This document shows positions 44,405-58,500 of a DNA stretch of 64,000 bases, one piece after another (positions within the stretch are counted from its first letter, which is position 1; each line of letters starts with the position of its first letter). A program made the translations under genes and the position numbers. The stretch is from Eledone cirrhosa (taxonomy: Eukaryota). The notes under the pieces are model-generated. The model was not told the DNA's origin and ran no database searches. It saw only the letters and a program-made list of their open reading frames with translations. The stretch is from positions 265,546,001 through 265,610,000 of the forward strand of contig OZ024740.1 in NCBI GenBank assembly GCA_964016885.1. Reading direction: 5' to 3'.

Positions 44405-47400
44405 CCAACACTTATCGTCTGCTGTTTCTCTCCATTCAGCCAACACTTATCGTTTGCTGTTTATATCCACCTAGCCAACACTTATCGTCTGCTGTTTCTA
44501 TCCACCTAGCCAACACTAATCGTCTGCTGTTTCTATCCACCTAGCCAACACCTATCGTCTGCTGTTTCTATCCACCTAGCCAACACGTATCGTGTGCTGT
44601 TTCTATCCACCTAGCCAACACTTATCGTCTGCTGTTTCTATCCACCTAGCCAACACTTATCGTCTGTTGTTTCTATCCACCTAGCCAACACTTATCGTCT
44701 GCTGTTTCTTTCCACTCAGACAACACTTATCGCCTGCTGCTTCTATCCACCTAGCCAACACTTATCAACTGCTGTTTCTATACACCTAGCCAACACTTAT
44801 CGTCTGCTTTTTCTATCCACCTAGCCGACACTTATCGTCTGCTGTTTCTATCCACCTAGCCAACACATATCGTCTGCTGTTTCTATCCACATAGACAACA
44901 CTTATCGTCTGCTGTTTCTATCCACCTAGCCAACACATATCGTCTGCTGTTTCTATCTGACTTGCCAACACTTATCGTCTGATGTTTCTATCCACCTAGC
45001 CAACACTTATCGTCTGCTGTTTCTATCCACCTAGCCAACACTTATCGTCTGCTGTTTCTATCCACCCAGCCAACACTTATCGTCTGCTGTTTCTATCCAC
45101 CTAGCGAACACTTATCGTCTGCTGTTTCTATCCACTCAGTCAAGACTTATGGTCTGCTGTTTCTATCCATTCAGCCAACACCTATCGTCTGCTGTTTCTA
45201 TCCACTCAACCAACACTTATCGTCTGCTGTTTCTATCCACCTAGCCAACACTTACCATCTGCTGTTTCTATCCACTCAGCCAACACATATCGTCTGCTGT
45301 TTCTATCCACCTAGCCAACACTTATCGTCTGCTGTTTCTATCCACCTAGCCAACACTTATCGTCTGCTGTTTCTATCCACTCAGCCAACACTTATCGTCT
45401 GCTGTTTCAATCCACCTAGCCAACACTTATCGTTTGAGGTTTCTATCCATTCAGACAACACTTATCGTCTGCTGTTTCTATCCACCTAGCCAACACTTAT
45501 CGTCTGCTGTTTCTCTCCATTCAGCCAACACTTATCGGCTGCTGTTTCTATCCACCTAGCCAACACTTATCGTCTGGTGTTTCTATCCACCTAGCCAACA
45601 CTTATCGTCTGCTGTTTCTATCCACCTAGCCAACACTTATCGTCTGCTGTTTCTATCCACCTAGCCAACACCTATCGTCTGCTGTTTCTATCCACTTAGC
45701 CAACACTTATCAACTGCTGTTTCTATCCACCTAGCCAACACTTATCGTCTGCTTTTTCTATCCACCTAGCCGACACTTATCGTCTGCTGTTTCTATCCAC
45801 CTAACCAACACTTATCGTCTGATGTTTCTATCCACCTAGCCAACACTTATCGTCTGCTGTTTCTATCCACCTAGCCAACACTTATCGTCTGTTGCTTCTA
45901 TCCACCTAGCCAACACTTATCGTCTGCTGTTTCTTTCCACTCAGACAACACTTATCGCCTGCTGCTTCTATCCACCTAGCCAACACTTATCAACTGCTGT
46001 TTCTATCCACCTAGCCAACACTTATCTTCTGATGTTTCTATCCATTCAGCCAACACTTATCGTCTGCTGTTTCTATCCACCTAGCCAACACTTATCGTCT
46101 GCTGTTTCTCTCCATTCAGCCAACACTTATCGTTTGCTGTTTATATCCACCTAGCCAACACTTATCGTCTGCTGTTTCTATCCACCTAGCCAACACTTAA
46201 CGTCTGCTGTTTCTATCCACCTAGCCAACACTTATCGTCTGCTGTTTCTATTCACCTAGCCAATACCTATCGTCTGCTGTTTCTATCCACCTAGTCAACA
46301 CTTATCAACTGCTGTTTCTATCCACCTAGCTAACATTTATCGTCTGCTGTTTCTATCCACCTAGCCAACACTTATCGTCTGCTGTTTCTATCCACCTAGC
46401 CAACACTTATCGTCTGCTGTTTCTCTCCATTCAGCCAACACTTATCGTTTGCTGTTTATATCCACCTAGCCAACACTTATCGTCTGCTGTTTCTATCCAC
46501 CTAGCCAACACTAATCGTCTGCTGTTTCTATCCACCTAGCCAACACCTATCGTCTGCTGTTTCTATCCACCTAGCCAACACGTATCGTGTGCTGTTTCTA
46601 TCCACCTAGCCAACACTTATCGTCTGCTGTTTCTATCCACCTAGCCAACACTTATCGTCTGTTGTTTCTATCCACCTAGCCAACACTTATCGTCTGCTAT
46701 TTCTTTCCACTCAGACAACACTTATCGCCTGCTGCTTCTATCCACCTAGCCAACACTTATCAACTGCTGTTTCTATCCACCTAGCCAACACTTATCGTCT
46801 GCTTTTTCTATCCACCTAGCCGACACTTATCGTCTGCTGTTTCTATCCACCTAGCCAACACTTATCGTCTGCTGTTTCTATCCACCTAGCCAACACTTAT
46901 CGTCTGCTGTTTCTATCCACGTAGCCAACACTTATCGTCTGCTGTTTCTATCCACCTAGCCAACATTTATCGTCTGCTGTTTCTATCCACTCAGCCAACA
47001 CTTATCGTCTGCTGTCTCTATCCACCTAGCCAACACTTATCGTCTGCTTTTTCTATCCACCTAGCCAACACATATCAACTGCTGTTTCTATCGACCTAGC
47101 CAACACTTATCGTCTGCTGTTTCTATCCACCTAGCCAACACTTATCGTCTGCTGTTTCTATCCACTCAGCCAACACTTATCGTCTGCTGTTTCAATCCAC
47201 CTAGCCAACACTTATCGTTTGAGGTTTCTATCCATTCAGACAACACTTATCGTCTGCTGTTTCTATCCACCTAGCGAACACTTATCGTCTGCTGTTTCTA
47301 TCCACTCAGTCAAGACTTATGGTCTGCTGTTTCTATCCATTCAGCCAACACTTATCGTCTGCTGTTTCTATCCACCTAGCGAACACTTATCGTCTGCTGT

Positions 47401-50400
47401 TTCTATCCACTCAGTCAAGACTTATGGTCTGCTGTTTCTATCCATTCAGCCAACACTTATCGTCTGCTGTTTCTATCCACTCAACCAACACTTATCGTCT
47501 GCTGTTTCTATCCACCTAGCCAACACTTACCATCTGCTGTTTCTATCCACTCAGCCAACACATATCGTCTGCTGTTTCTATCCACCTAGCCAACACTTAT
47601 CGTCTGCTGTTTCTATCCACATAGACAACACTTATCGTCTGCTGTTTCTATCCACCTAGCCAACACATATCGTCTGCTGTTTCTATCTGACTTGCCAACA
47701 CTTATCGTCTGATGTTTCTATCCACCTAGCCAACACTTATCGTCTGCTGTTTCTATCCACCTAGCCAACACTTATCGTCTGCTGTTTCTATCCACCCAGC
47801 CAACACTTATCGTCTGCTGTTTCTATCCACCTAGCGAACACTTATCGTCTGCTGTTTCTATCCACTCAGTCAAGACTTATGGTCTGCTGTTTCTATCCAT
47901 TCAGCCAACACTTATCGTCTGCTGTCTCTATCCACCTAGCCAACACTTATCTTCTGATGTTTCTATCCATTCAGCCAACATTTATCGTCTGCTATTTCTA
48001 CCCACCTAGCCAACACTTATCGTCTGCTGTTTCTACCCACCTAGCCAACACTTATCGTCTGCTGTTTCTATCCACCTAGCCAACACTTAACGTCTGCTGT
48101 TTCTATCCACCTAGCCAACACTTATCGTCTGCTGTTTCTATCCACCTAGCCAATACCTATCGTCTGCTGTTTCTATCCACCTAGTCAACACTTATCAACT
48201 GCTGTTTCTATCCACCTAGCTAACACTTATCGTCTGCTTTTTCTATCCACCTAGCCGACACTTATCGTCTACTGTTTCTATCCACCTATCCAACACTTAT
48301 CGTCTGTTGTATCTATCCACCTAGCCAACACTTATCGTCTGCTCTTTCAATCCACCTAGCCAACACTTATCGTCTGATGTTTCTATCCATTCAGCCAACA
48401 CTTATCGTCTGCTGTTTCTATCCACCTAGCCAACACTTATCGTCTGCTGTTTCTATCCACCTAGCCAACACTTATCGTCTGCTGTTTCTCTCCATTCAGC
48501 CAACACTTATCGTTTGCTGTTTATATCCACCTAGCCAACACTTATCGTCTGCTGTTTCTATCCACCTAGCCAACACTAATCGTCTGATGTTTCTATCCAC
48601 CTAGCCAACACCTATCGTCTGCTGTTTCTATCCACCTAGCCAACACGTATCGTGTGCTGTTTCTATCCACCTAGCCAACACTTATCGTCTGCTGTTTCTA
48701 TCCACCTAGCCAACACTTATCGTCTGTTGTTTCTATCCACCTAGCCAACACTTATCGTCTGCTGTTTCTTTCCACTCAGACAACACTTATCGCCTGCTGC
48801 TTCTATCCACCTAGCCAACACTTATCAACTGCTGTTTCTATACACCTAGCCAACACTTATCGTCTGCTTTTTCTATCCACCTAGCCGACACTTATCGTCT
48901 GCTGTTTCTATCCACCTAGCCAACACTTATCGTCTGCTGTTTCTATCCACATAGACAACACTTATCGTCTGCTGTTTCTATCCACCTAGCCAACACATAT
49001 CGTCTGCTGTTTCTATCTGACTTGCCAACACTTATCGTCTGATATTTCTATCCACCTAGCCAACACTTATCGTCTGCTGTTTCTATCCACCTAGCCAACA
49101 CTTATCGTCTGCTGTTTCTATCCACCCAGCCAACACTTATCGTCTGCTGTTTCTATCCACCTAGCGAACACTTATCGTCTGCTGTTTCTATCCACTCAGT
49201 CAAGACTTATGGTCTGCTGTTTCTATCCATTCAGCCAACACCTATCGTCTGCTGTTTCTATCCACTCAACCAACACTTATCGTCTGCTGTTTCTATCCAC
49301 CTAGCCAACACTTACCATCTGCTGTTTCTATCCACTCAGCCAACACATATCGTCTGCTGTTTCTATCCACCTAGCCAACACTTATCGTCTGCTGTTTCTA
49401 TCCACCTAGCCAACACTTATCGTCTGCTGTTTCTATCCACTCAGCCAACACTTATCGTCTGCTGTTTCAATCCACCTAGCCAACACTTATCGTTTGAGGT
49501 TTCTATCCATTCAGACAACACTTATCGTCTGCTGTTTCTATCCACCTAGCCAACACTTATCGTCTGCTGTTTCTATCCACCTAGCCAACACCTATCGTCT
49601 GCTGTTTCTATCCACTTAGCCAACACTTATCAACTGCTGTTTCTATCCACCTAGCCAACACTTATCGTCTGCTTTTTCTATCCACCTAGCCGACACTTAT
49701 CGTCTGCTGTTTCTATCCACCTAACCAACACTTATCGTCTGATGTTTCTATCCACCTAGCCAACACTTATCGTCTGCTGTTTCTATCCACCTAGCCAACA
49801 CTTATCGTCTGTTGTTTCTATCCACCTAGCCAACACTTATCGTCTGCTGTTTCTTTCCACTCAGACAACACTTATCGCCTGCTGCTTCTATCCACCTAGC
49901 CAACACTTATCAACTGCTGTTTCTATCCACCTAGCCAACACTTATCTTCTGATGTTTCTATCCATTCAGCCAACACTTATCGTCTGCTGTTTCTATCCAC
50001 CTAGCCAACACTTATCGTCTGCTGTTTCTCTCCATTCAGCCAACACTTATCGTTTGCTGTTTATATCCACCTAGCCAACACTTATCGTCTGCTGTTTCTA
50101 TCCACCTAGCCAACACTTAACGTCTGCTGTTTCTATCCACCTAGCCAACACTTATCGTCTGCTGTTTCTATCCACCTAGCCAATACCTATCGTCTGCTGT
50201 TTCTATCCACCTAGTCAACACTTATCAACTGCTGTTTCTATCCACCTAGCTAACACTTATCGTCTGCTGTTTCTATCCACCTAGCCAACACTTATCGTCT
50301 GCTGTTTCTATCCACCTAGCCAACACTTATCGTCTGCTGTTTCTCTCCATTCAGCCAACACTTATCGTTTGCTGTTTATATCCACCTAGCCAACACTTAT

Positions 50401-52010
50401 CGTCTGCTGTTTCTATCCACCTAGCCAACACTAATCGTCTGCTGTTTCTATCCACCTAGCCAACACCTATCGTCTGCTGTTTCTATCCACCTAGCCAACA
50501 CGTATCGTGTGCTGTTTCTATCCACCTAGCCAACACTTATCGTCTGCTGTTTCTATCCACCTAGCCAACACTTATCGTCTGTTGTTTCTATCCACCTAGC
50601 CAACACTTATCGTCTGCTATTTCTTTCCACTCAGACAACACTTATCGCCTGCTGCTTCTATCCACCTAGCCAACACTTATCAACTGCTGTTTCTATCCAC
50701 CTAGCCAACACTTATCGTCTGCTTTTTCTATCCACCTAGCCGACACTTATCGTCTGCTGTTTCTATCCACCTAGCCAACACTTATCGTCTGCTGTTTCTC
50801 TCCACGTAGCCAACACTTATCGTCTGCTGTTTCTATCCACCTAGCCAACACTTATCGTCTTCTGTTTCTATCCACGTAGCCAACACTTATCGTCTGCTGT
50901 TTCTATCCACCTAGCCAACATTTATCGTCTGCTGTTTCTATCCACTCAGCCAACACTTATCGTCTGCTGTCTCTATCCACCTAGCCAACACTTATCGTCT
51001 GCTTTTTCTATCCACCTAGCCAACACATATCAACTGCTGTTTCTATCGACCTAGCCAACACTTATCGTCTGCTGTTTCTATCCACCTAGCCAACACTTAT
51101 CGTCTGCTGTTTCTATCCACTCAGCCAACACTTATCGTCTGCTGTTTCAATCCACCTAGCCAACACTTATCGTTTGAGGTTTCTATCCATTCAGACAACA
51201 CTTATCGTCTGCTGTTTCTATCCACCTAGCGAACACTTATCGTCTGCTGTTTCTATCCACTCAGTCAAGACTTATGGTCTGCTGTTTCTATCCATTCAGC
51301 CAACACTTATCGTCTGCTGTTTCTATCCACCTAGCGAACACTTATCGTCTGCTGTTTCTATCCACTCAGTCAAGACTTATGGTCTGCTGTTTCTATCCAT
51401 TCAGCCAACAATTATCGTCTGCTGTTTCTATCCACTCAACCAACACTTATCGTCTGCTGTTTCTATCCACCTAGCCAACACTTACCATCTGCTGTTTCTA
51501 TCCACTCAGCCAACACATATCGTCTGCTGTTTCTATCCACCTAGCCAACACTTATCGTCTGCTGTTTCTATCCACATAGACAACACTTATCGTCTGCTGT
51601 TTCTATCCACCTAGCCAACACATATCGTCTGCTGTTTCTATCTGACTTACCAACACTTATCGTCTGATGTTTCTATCCACCTAGCCAACACTTATCGTCT
51701 GCTGTTTCTATCCACCTAGCCAACACTTATCGTCTGCTGTTTCTATCCACCTAGCGAACACTTATCGTCTGCTGTTTCTATCCACTCAGTCAAGACTTAT
51801 GGTCTGCTGTTTCTATCCATTCAGCCAACACTTATCGTCTGCTGTCTCTATCCACCTAGCCAACACTTATCTTCTGATGTTTCTATCCATTCAGCCAACA
51901 TTTATCGTCTGCTGTTTCTACCCACCTAGCCAACACTTATCGTCTGCTGTTTCTACCCACCTAGCCAACACTTATCGTCTGCTGTTTCTATCCACCTAGC
52001 CAACACTTAT
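43978..52010 (+). repeat. Tandem duplication of about 4.0 kb (112-116 monomers): about 43978-48090 and about 48038-52010
   Basis: ORF offsets 44317/48377 (4060), 47219/51174 (3955) and 47879/51799 (3920); shared TTTGAGGTT, TCGACCTAG, TACACCTAG and CTACCCAC variants. Confidence 0.9.
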
Positions 52011-52599
52011 CGTCTGCTGATTCTATCCACCTAGCCCACACTTATCGTCTGACATTTCTATCCGCCTTGCCAACACTTATCGTCTGCTGTTTCTATCCAC
52101 CTAGCCAACACTTATCGTCTGCTGTTTCTATCCACCTAGCCAACACTTATCGTCTGCTGTTTCTATCCACGTAGCCAACACTTATCGTCTGCTGTTTCTA
52201 TCCACCTAGCCAACATTTATCGTCTGCTGTTTCTATCCACTCAGCCAACACTTATCGTCTGCTGTCTCTATCCACCTAGCCAACACTTATCGTCTGCTTT
52301 TTCTATCCACCTAGCCAACACATATCAACTGCTGTTTCTATCGACCTAGCCAACACTTATCGTCTGCTGTTTCTATCCACCTAGCCAACACTTATCGTCT
52401 GCTGTTTCTATCCACTCAGCCAACACTTATCGTCTGCTGTTTCAATCCACCTAGCCAACACTTATCGTTTGAGGTTTCTATCCATTCAGACAACACTTAT
52501 CGTCTGCTGTTTCTATCCACCTAGCCAACACTTATCGTCTGCTGTTTCTCTCCATTCAGCCAACACTTATCGGCTGCTGTTTCTATCCACCTAGCCAAC

Positions 52600-55500
52600 A
52601 CTTATCGTCTGCTGTTTCTATCCACCTAGCCAACACTTATCGTCTGCTGTTTCTATCCACCTAGCCAACACTTATCGTCTGCTGTTTCTATCCACCTAGC
52701 CAACACCTATCGTCTGCTGTTTCTATCCACTTAGCCAAAACTTATCAACTGCTGTTTCTATCCACCTAGCCAACACTTATCGTCTGCTTTTTCTATCCAC
52801 CTAGCCGACACTTATCGTCTGCTGTTTTTATCCACCTAACCAACACTTATCGTCTGCTGTTTCTCTCTACCTAGACAACACTTATCAACTGCTGTTTCTA
52901 TCCACCTAGCCAACACTTATCGTCTGCTGTTTCTATCCACCTAGCCAACACTTATCGGCTGCTGTTTCTATCCACCTAGCCAACACTTATCGTCTGCTGT
53001 TTCTATCCACCTAGCCAACACTTATCGTCTGCTATTTCTATCCACCTAGCCAAAACTTATCGTCTGCTGTTTCTATCCACCTAGCCAACACCTATCGTCT
53101 GCTGTTTCTATCCACCTAGCCAACACTTATCAACTGCTGTTTCTATCCACCTAGCCAACACTTATCGTCTGCTGTTTCTATCCACCTAGCCGACACTTAT
53201 CGTCTGCTGTTTCTATCCACCTAGCCAACACTTATCGTCTGCTGTTTCTATCCACCTAGCCAACACTTATCGTCTGACATTTCTATCCGCCTTGCCAACA
53301 CTTATCGTCTGCTGTTTCTATCCACCTAGCCAACACTTATCGTCTGCTGTTTCTATCCACCTAGCCAACACTTATCGTCTGCTGTTTCTATCCATGTAGC
53401 CAACACTTATCGTCTGCTGTTTCTATCCACCTAGCCAACATTTATCGTCTGCTGTTTCTATCCACTCAGCCAACACTTATCGTCTGCTGTCTCTATCCAC
53501 CTAGCCAACACTTATCGTCTGCTTTTTCTATCCACCTAGCCAACACTTATCAACTGCTGTTTCTATCCACATAGCCAACACTTATCGTCTGCCGTTTCAA
53601 TCCACCTAGCCAACACTTATCGTCTGATGTTTCTATCCATTCAGCCAACACTTATCGTCTGCTGTTTCTATCCACCTAGCCAACACTTATCGTCTGCTGT
53701 TTCTATCCACTCAGCCAACACTTATCGTCTGCTGTTTCAATCCACCTAGCCAACACTTATCGTCTGAGGTTTCTATCCATTCAGACAACACTTATCGTCT
53801 GCTGTTTCAATCCACCTAGCCAACACTTATCGTCTGATGTTTCTATCCATTCAGCCAACACTTATCGGCTGCTGTTTCTATCCACCTAGCCAACACTTAT
53901 CGTCTGCTGTTTCTATCCACCTAGCCAACACTTATCATCTGCTGTTTCTATCCACATAGCCAACACTTATCGTCTGCTGTTTCTATCCACCTAGCCAACA
54001 CCTATCGTCTGCTGTTTCTATCCACCTAGCCAACACTTATCAACTGCTGTTTCTATCCACCTAGCCAACACTTATCGTCTGCTTTTTCTATCCACCTAGC
54101 CGACGCTTATCGTCTGCTGTTTCTATCCACCTAACCAACACTTATCGTCTGCTGTTTCTCTCTACCTAGACAACACTTATCGTCTGCGGTTTCTATCCAC
54201 CTAGCCAACACTTATCGTCTGCTGTTTCTATCCACCTAGCCAACACTTATCGGCTGCTGTTTCTATCCACCTAGCCAACACTTATCGTCTGCTGTTTCTA
54301 TCCACCTAGCCAACACTTATCGTCTGCTGTTTCTATCCACCTAGCCAACACTTATCGTCTGCTGTTTCTCTCCACCTAGCCAACACCTATCGTCTGCTGT
54401 TTCTATCCACCTAGCCAACACTTATCAACTGCTGTTTCTATCCACCTAGCCAACACTTATCGTCTGCTGTTTCTATCCACCTAGCCGACACTTATCGTCT
54501 GATGTTTCTATCCACCTAGCCAACACTTATCGTCTGCTGTTTCTCTCTACCTAGATAACACTTATCGTCTGCGGTTTCTATCCACCTAGCCAACAGTTAT
54601 CGTCTGCTGTTTCTATACAGCTAGCCAACACATATCGTCTGCTGTTTCTATCTGACTTGCCAACACTTATCGTCTGCTGTTTCTATCCTTCTTGCCAACA
54701 CTTATCGTCTGCTGTTTCTATCCTACTAGCCAACACTTATCGTCTGCTGATTTTCTATCCACCTAGCCAACACTTATCGTCTGCTGTTTCTATCCACCTA
54801 GCCAAAACTTATCGTCTGCTGTTTCTATCCACCTAGCCAACACTTATCGTGTGCTGTTTCTATCCACTCAGTCAACACTTATCGTCTGCTGTTTCTATCC
54901 ACCTAGCCAACACTTATCGTCTGATGTTTCTATCCAACTAGCCAACACTTATCGTCTTCTGTTTCTATCCACCTAGCCAACACTTATCGTCTGCTGTTTC
55001 TATCCACCTAGCCAACACTTATCGTCTGCTGTTTCTATCCACCTAGCCAACACTTATCGTCTGCTGTTTCTATCCACTCAGCCAACACTTATCGTCTGCT
55101 GTTTCTATCCATTCAGCCAAAACTTATCGTCTGCTGTTTCTATCCACCTAGCCAACACTTACCGTCTGCTATTTCTATCCACTCAGCCAACACTTATCGT
55201 CTGATGTTTCTATCCACCTAGCCAACACTTATCGTCTGCTGTTTCTATCCACCTAGCCAACACTTATCGTCTGCTGTTTCTATCCACCTAGCCAACACTT
55301 ATCGTCTGTTGTTTCTATCCACCTAGCCGACACTTATCGTCTGCTGATTCTATCCACCTAGCCAACACTTATCGTCTGCTGCTTCTATCCGCCTTGCCAA
55401 CACTTATCATCTGCTGTTTCTATCCACCTAGCCAACACTTATCGTCTGCTGTTTCAATCCACTCAGCCAACACTTATCGTCTGCTATTTCTATCCACCTA

Positions 55501-58500
55501 GCCAACACTTATCGTCTGATGTTTCTACCATTCAGCCAACACTCATCATCTGCTGTTTCTATCCACCTAGGCAACACTTATCGTCTGCTGTTTCTATCCA
55601 CCTAGCCAACACTTATCGTCTGCCGTTTCTATCCACCTAGCCAACACTTATCGTCTGCTGTTTCTATCCACCTAGCCAACACTTATCGTCTGCTGTTTCG
55701 ATCCACCTAGCCAACACTTATCGTCTGCTCTTTCTATCCACCTAGCCAACACTTATCGTCTGCTGTTTCTAACCACCATCCAACACTTATCGTCTGCTGT
55801 TTCTATCCACCTAGGCAACACTTATCGTCTGCTGTTTTTATCCACCTAGCTAACACTTATCGTCTGCTGTTTCTATCCGCCTAGCCAACACTTATCAACT
55901 GCTGTTTCTATCCACCTAGCCAACACTTATCGTCTGCTGTTTCTATCCACATAGCCAACACTTATCGTCTGCTGTTTATATCCACCTAGCCATCACTTAT
56001 CATCTGCTGTTTCTATCCACCTAGTCAACACTTATCGTCTGCTGTTTCTATCCACCTAGCCAACACTTATCGTCTGCTGTTTCTATCCACCTAGCCAACA
56101 CTTATCGTCTGCTGTTTCTATCCACTCAGCCAACACTTATCGTCTGCTGTTTCTATCCATTCAGCCAACACTTATCGTCTGCTGTTTCTATCCACCTAGC
56201 CAACACTTATCAACTGCTGTTTCTATCCACCTAGCCAACACTTATCGTCTGCTGTTTCTATCCACCTAGCCAACACTTATCGTCTGCTGTTTCTATCCAC
56301 CTAGCCAACACCTATCGTCTGCTGTTTCTATCCACTTAGCCAACACTTATCAACTGCTGTTTCTATCCACCTAGCCAACACTTATCGTCTGCTTTTTCTA
56401 TCCACCTAGCCGACACTTATCGTCTGCTGTTTCTATCCACCTAACCAACACTTATCGTCTGCTGTTTCTCTCTACCTAGACAACACTTATCAACTGCTGT
56501 TTCTATCCACCTAGCCAACACTTATCGTCTGCTGTTTCTATCCACCTAGCCAACACTTATCGGCTGCTGTTTCTATCCACCTAGCCAACACTTATCGTCT
56601 GCTGTTTCTATCCACCTAGCCAACACTTATCGTATGCTATTTCTATCCACCTAGCCAACACTTATCGTCTGCTGTTTCTATCCACCTAGCCAACACCTAT
56701 CGTCTGCTGTTTCTATCCACCTAGCCAACACTTATCAACTGCTGTTTCTATCCACCTAGCCAACACTTATCGTCTGCTGTTTCTATCCACCTAGCCGACA
56801 CTTATCGTCTGCTTTTTCTATCCACCTAGCCAACACTTATCGTCTGCTGTTTCTATCCACCTAGCCAACACTTATCGTCTGACATTTCTATCCGCCTTGC
56901 CAACACTTATCGTCTGCTGTTTCTATCCACCTAGCCAACACTTATCGTCTGCTGTCTCTATCCACCTAGCCAACACTTATCGTCTGCTGTTTCTATCCAT
57001 GTAGCCAACACTTATCGTCTGCTGTTTCTATCCACCTAGCCAACATTTATCGTCTGCTGTTTCTATCCACTCAGCCAACACTTATCGTCTGCTGTCTCTA
57101 TTCACCTAGCCAACACTTATCGTCTGCTTTTTCTATCCACCTAGCCAACACTTATCAACTGCTGTTTCTATCCACATAGCCAACACTTATCGTCTGCCGT
57201 TTGAATCCACCTAGCCAACACTTATCGTCTGATGTTTCTATCCATTCAGCCAACACTTATCGTCTGCTGTTTCTATCCACCTAGCCAACACTTATCGTCT
57301 GCTGTTTCTATCCACTCAGCCAACACTTATCGTCTGCTGTTTCAATCCACCTAGCCAACACTTATCGTCTGAGGTTTCTATCCATTCAGACAACACTTAT
57401 CGTCTGCTGTTTCAATCCACCTAGCCAACACTTATCGTCTGATGTTTCTATCCATTCAGCCAACACTTATCGGCTGCTGTTTCTATCCACCTAGCCAACA
57501 CTTATGGTCTGCTGTTTCTATCCACCTAGCCAACACTTATCGTCTGCTGTTTCTATCCACATAGCCAACACTTATCGTCTGCTGTTTCTATCCACCTAGC
57601 CAACACCTATCGTCTGCTGTTTCTATCCACCTAGCCAACACTTATCAACTGCTGTTTCTATCCACCTAGCCAACACTTATCGTCTGCTTTTTCTATCCAC
57701 CTAGCCGACACTTATCGTCTGCTGTTTCTATCCACCTAACCAACACTTATCGTCTGCTGTTTCTCTCTACCTAGACAACACTTATCGTCTGCGGTTTCTA
57801 TCCACCTAGCCAACACTTATCGTCTGCTGTTTCTATCCACCTAGCCAACACTTATCGGCTGCTGTTTCTATCCACCTAGCCAACACTTATCGTCTGCTGT
57901 TTCTATCCACCTAGCCAACACTTATCGTCTGCTGTTTCTATCCACCTAGCCAACACTTATCGTCTGCTGTTTCTCTCCACCTAGCCAACACCTATCGTCT
58001 GCTGTTTCTATCCACCTAGCCAACACTTATCAACTGCTGTTTCTATCCACCTAGCCAACACTTATCGTCTGCTGTTTCAATCCACTCAGCCAACACTTAT
58101 CGTCTGCTATTTCTATCCACCTAGCCAACACTTATCGTCTGATGTTTCTACCATTCAGCCAACACTCATCATCTGCTGTTTCTATCCACCTAGGCAACAC
58201 TTATCGTCTGCTGTTTCTATCCACCTAGCCAACACTTATCGTCTGCCGTTTCTATCCACCTAGCCAACACTTATCGTCTGCTGTTTCTATCCACCTAGCC
58301 AACACTTATCGTCTGCTGTTTCGATCCACCTAGCCAACACTTATCGTCTGCTCTTTCTATCCACCTAGCCAACACTTATCGTCTGCTGTTTCTAACCACC
58401 ATCCAACACTTATCGTCTGCTGTTTCTATCCACCTAGGCAACACTTATCGTCTGCTGTTTTTATCCACCTAGCCAACACTTATCGTCTGCTGTTTCTATC

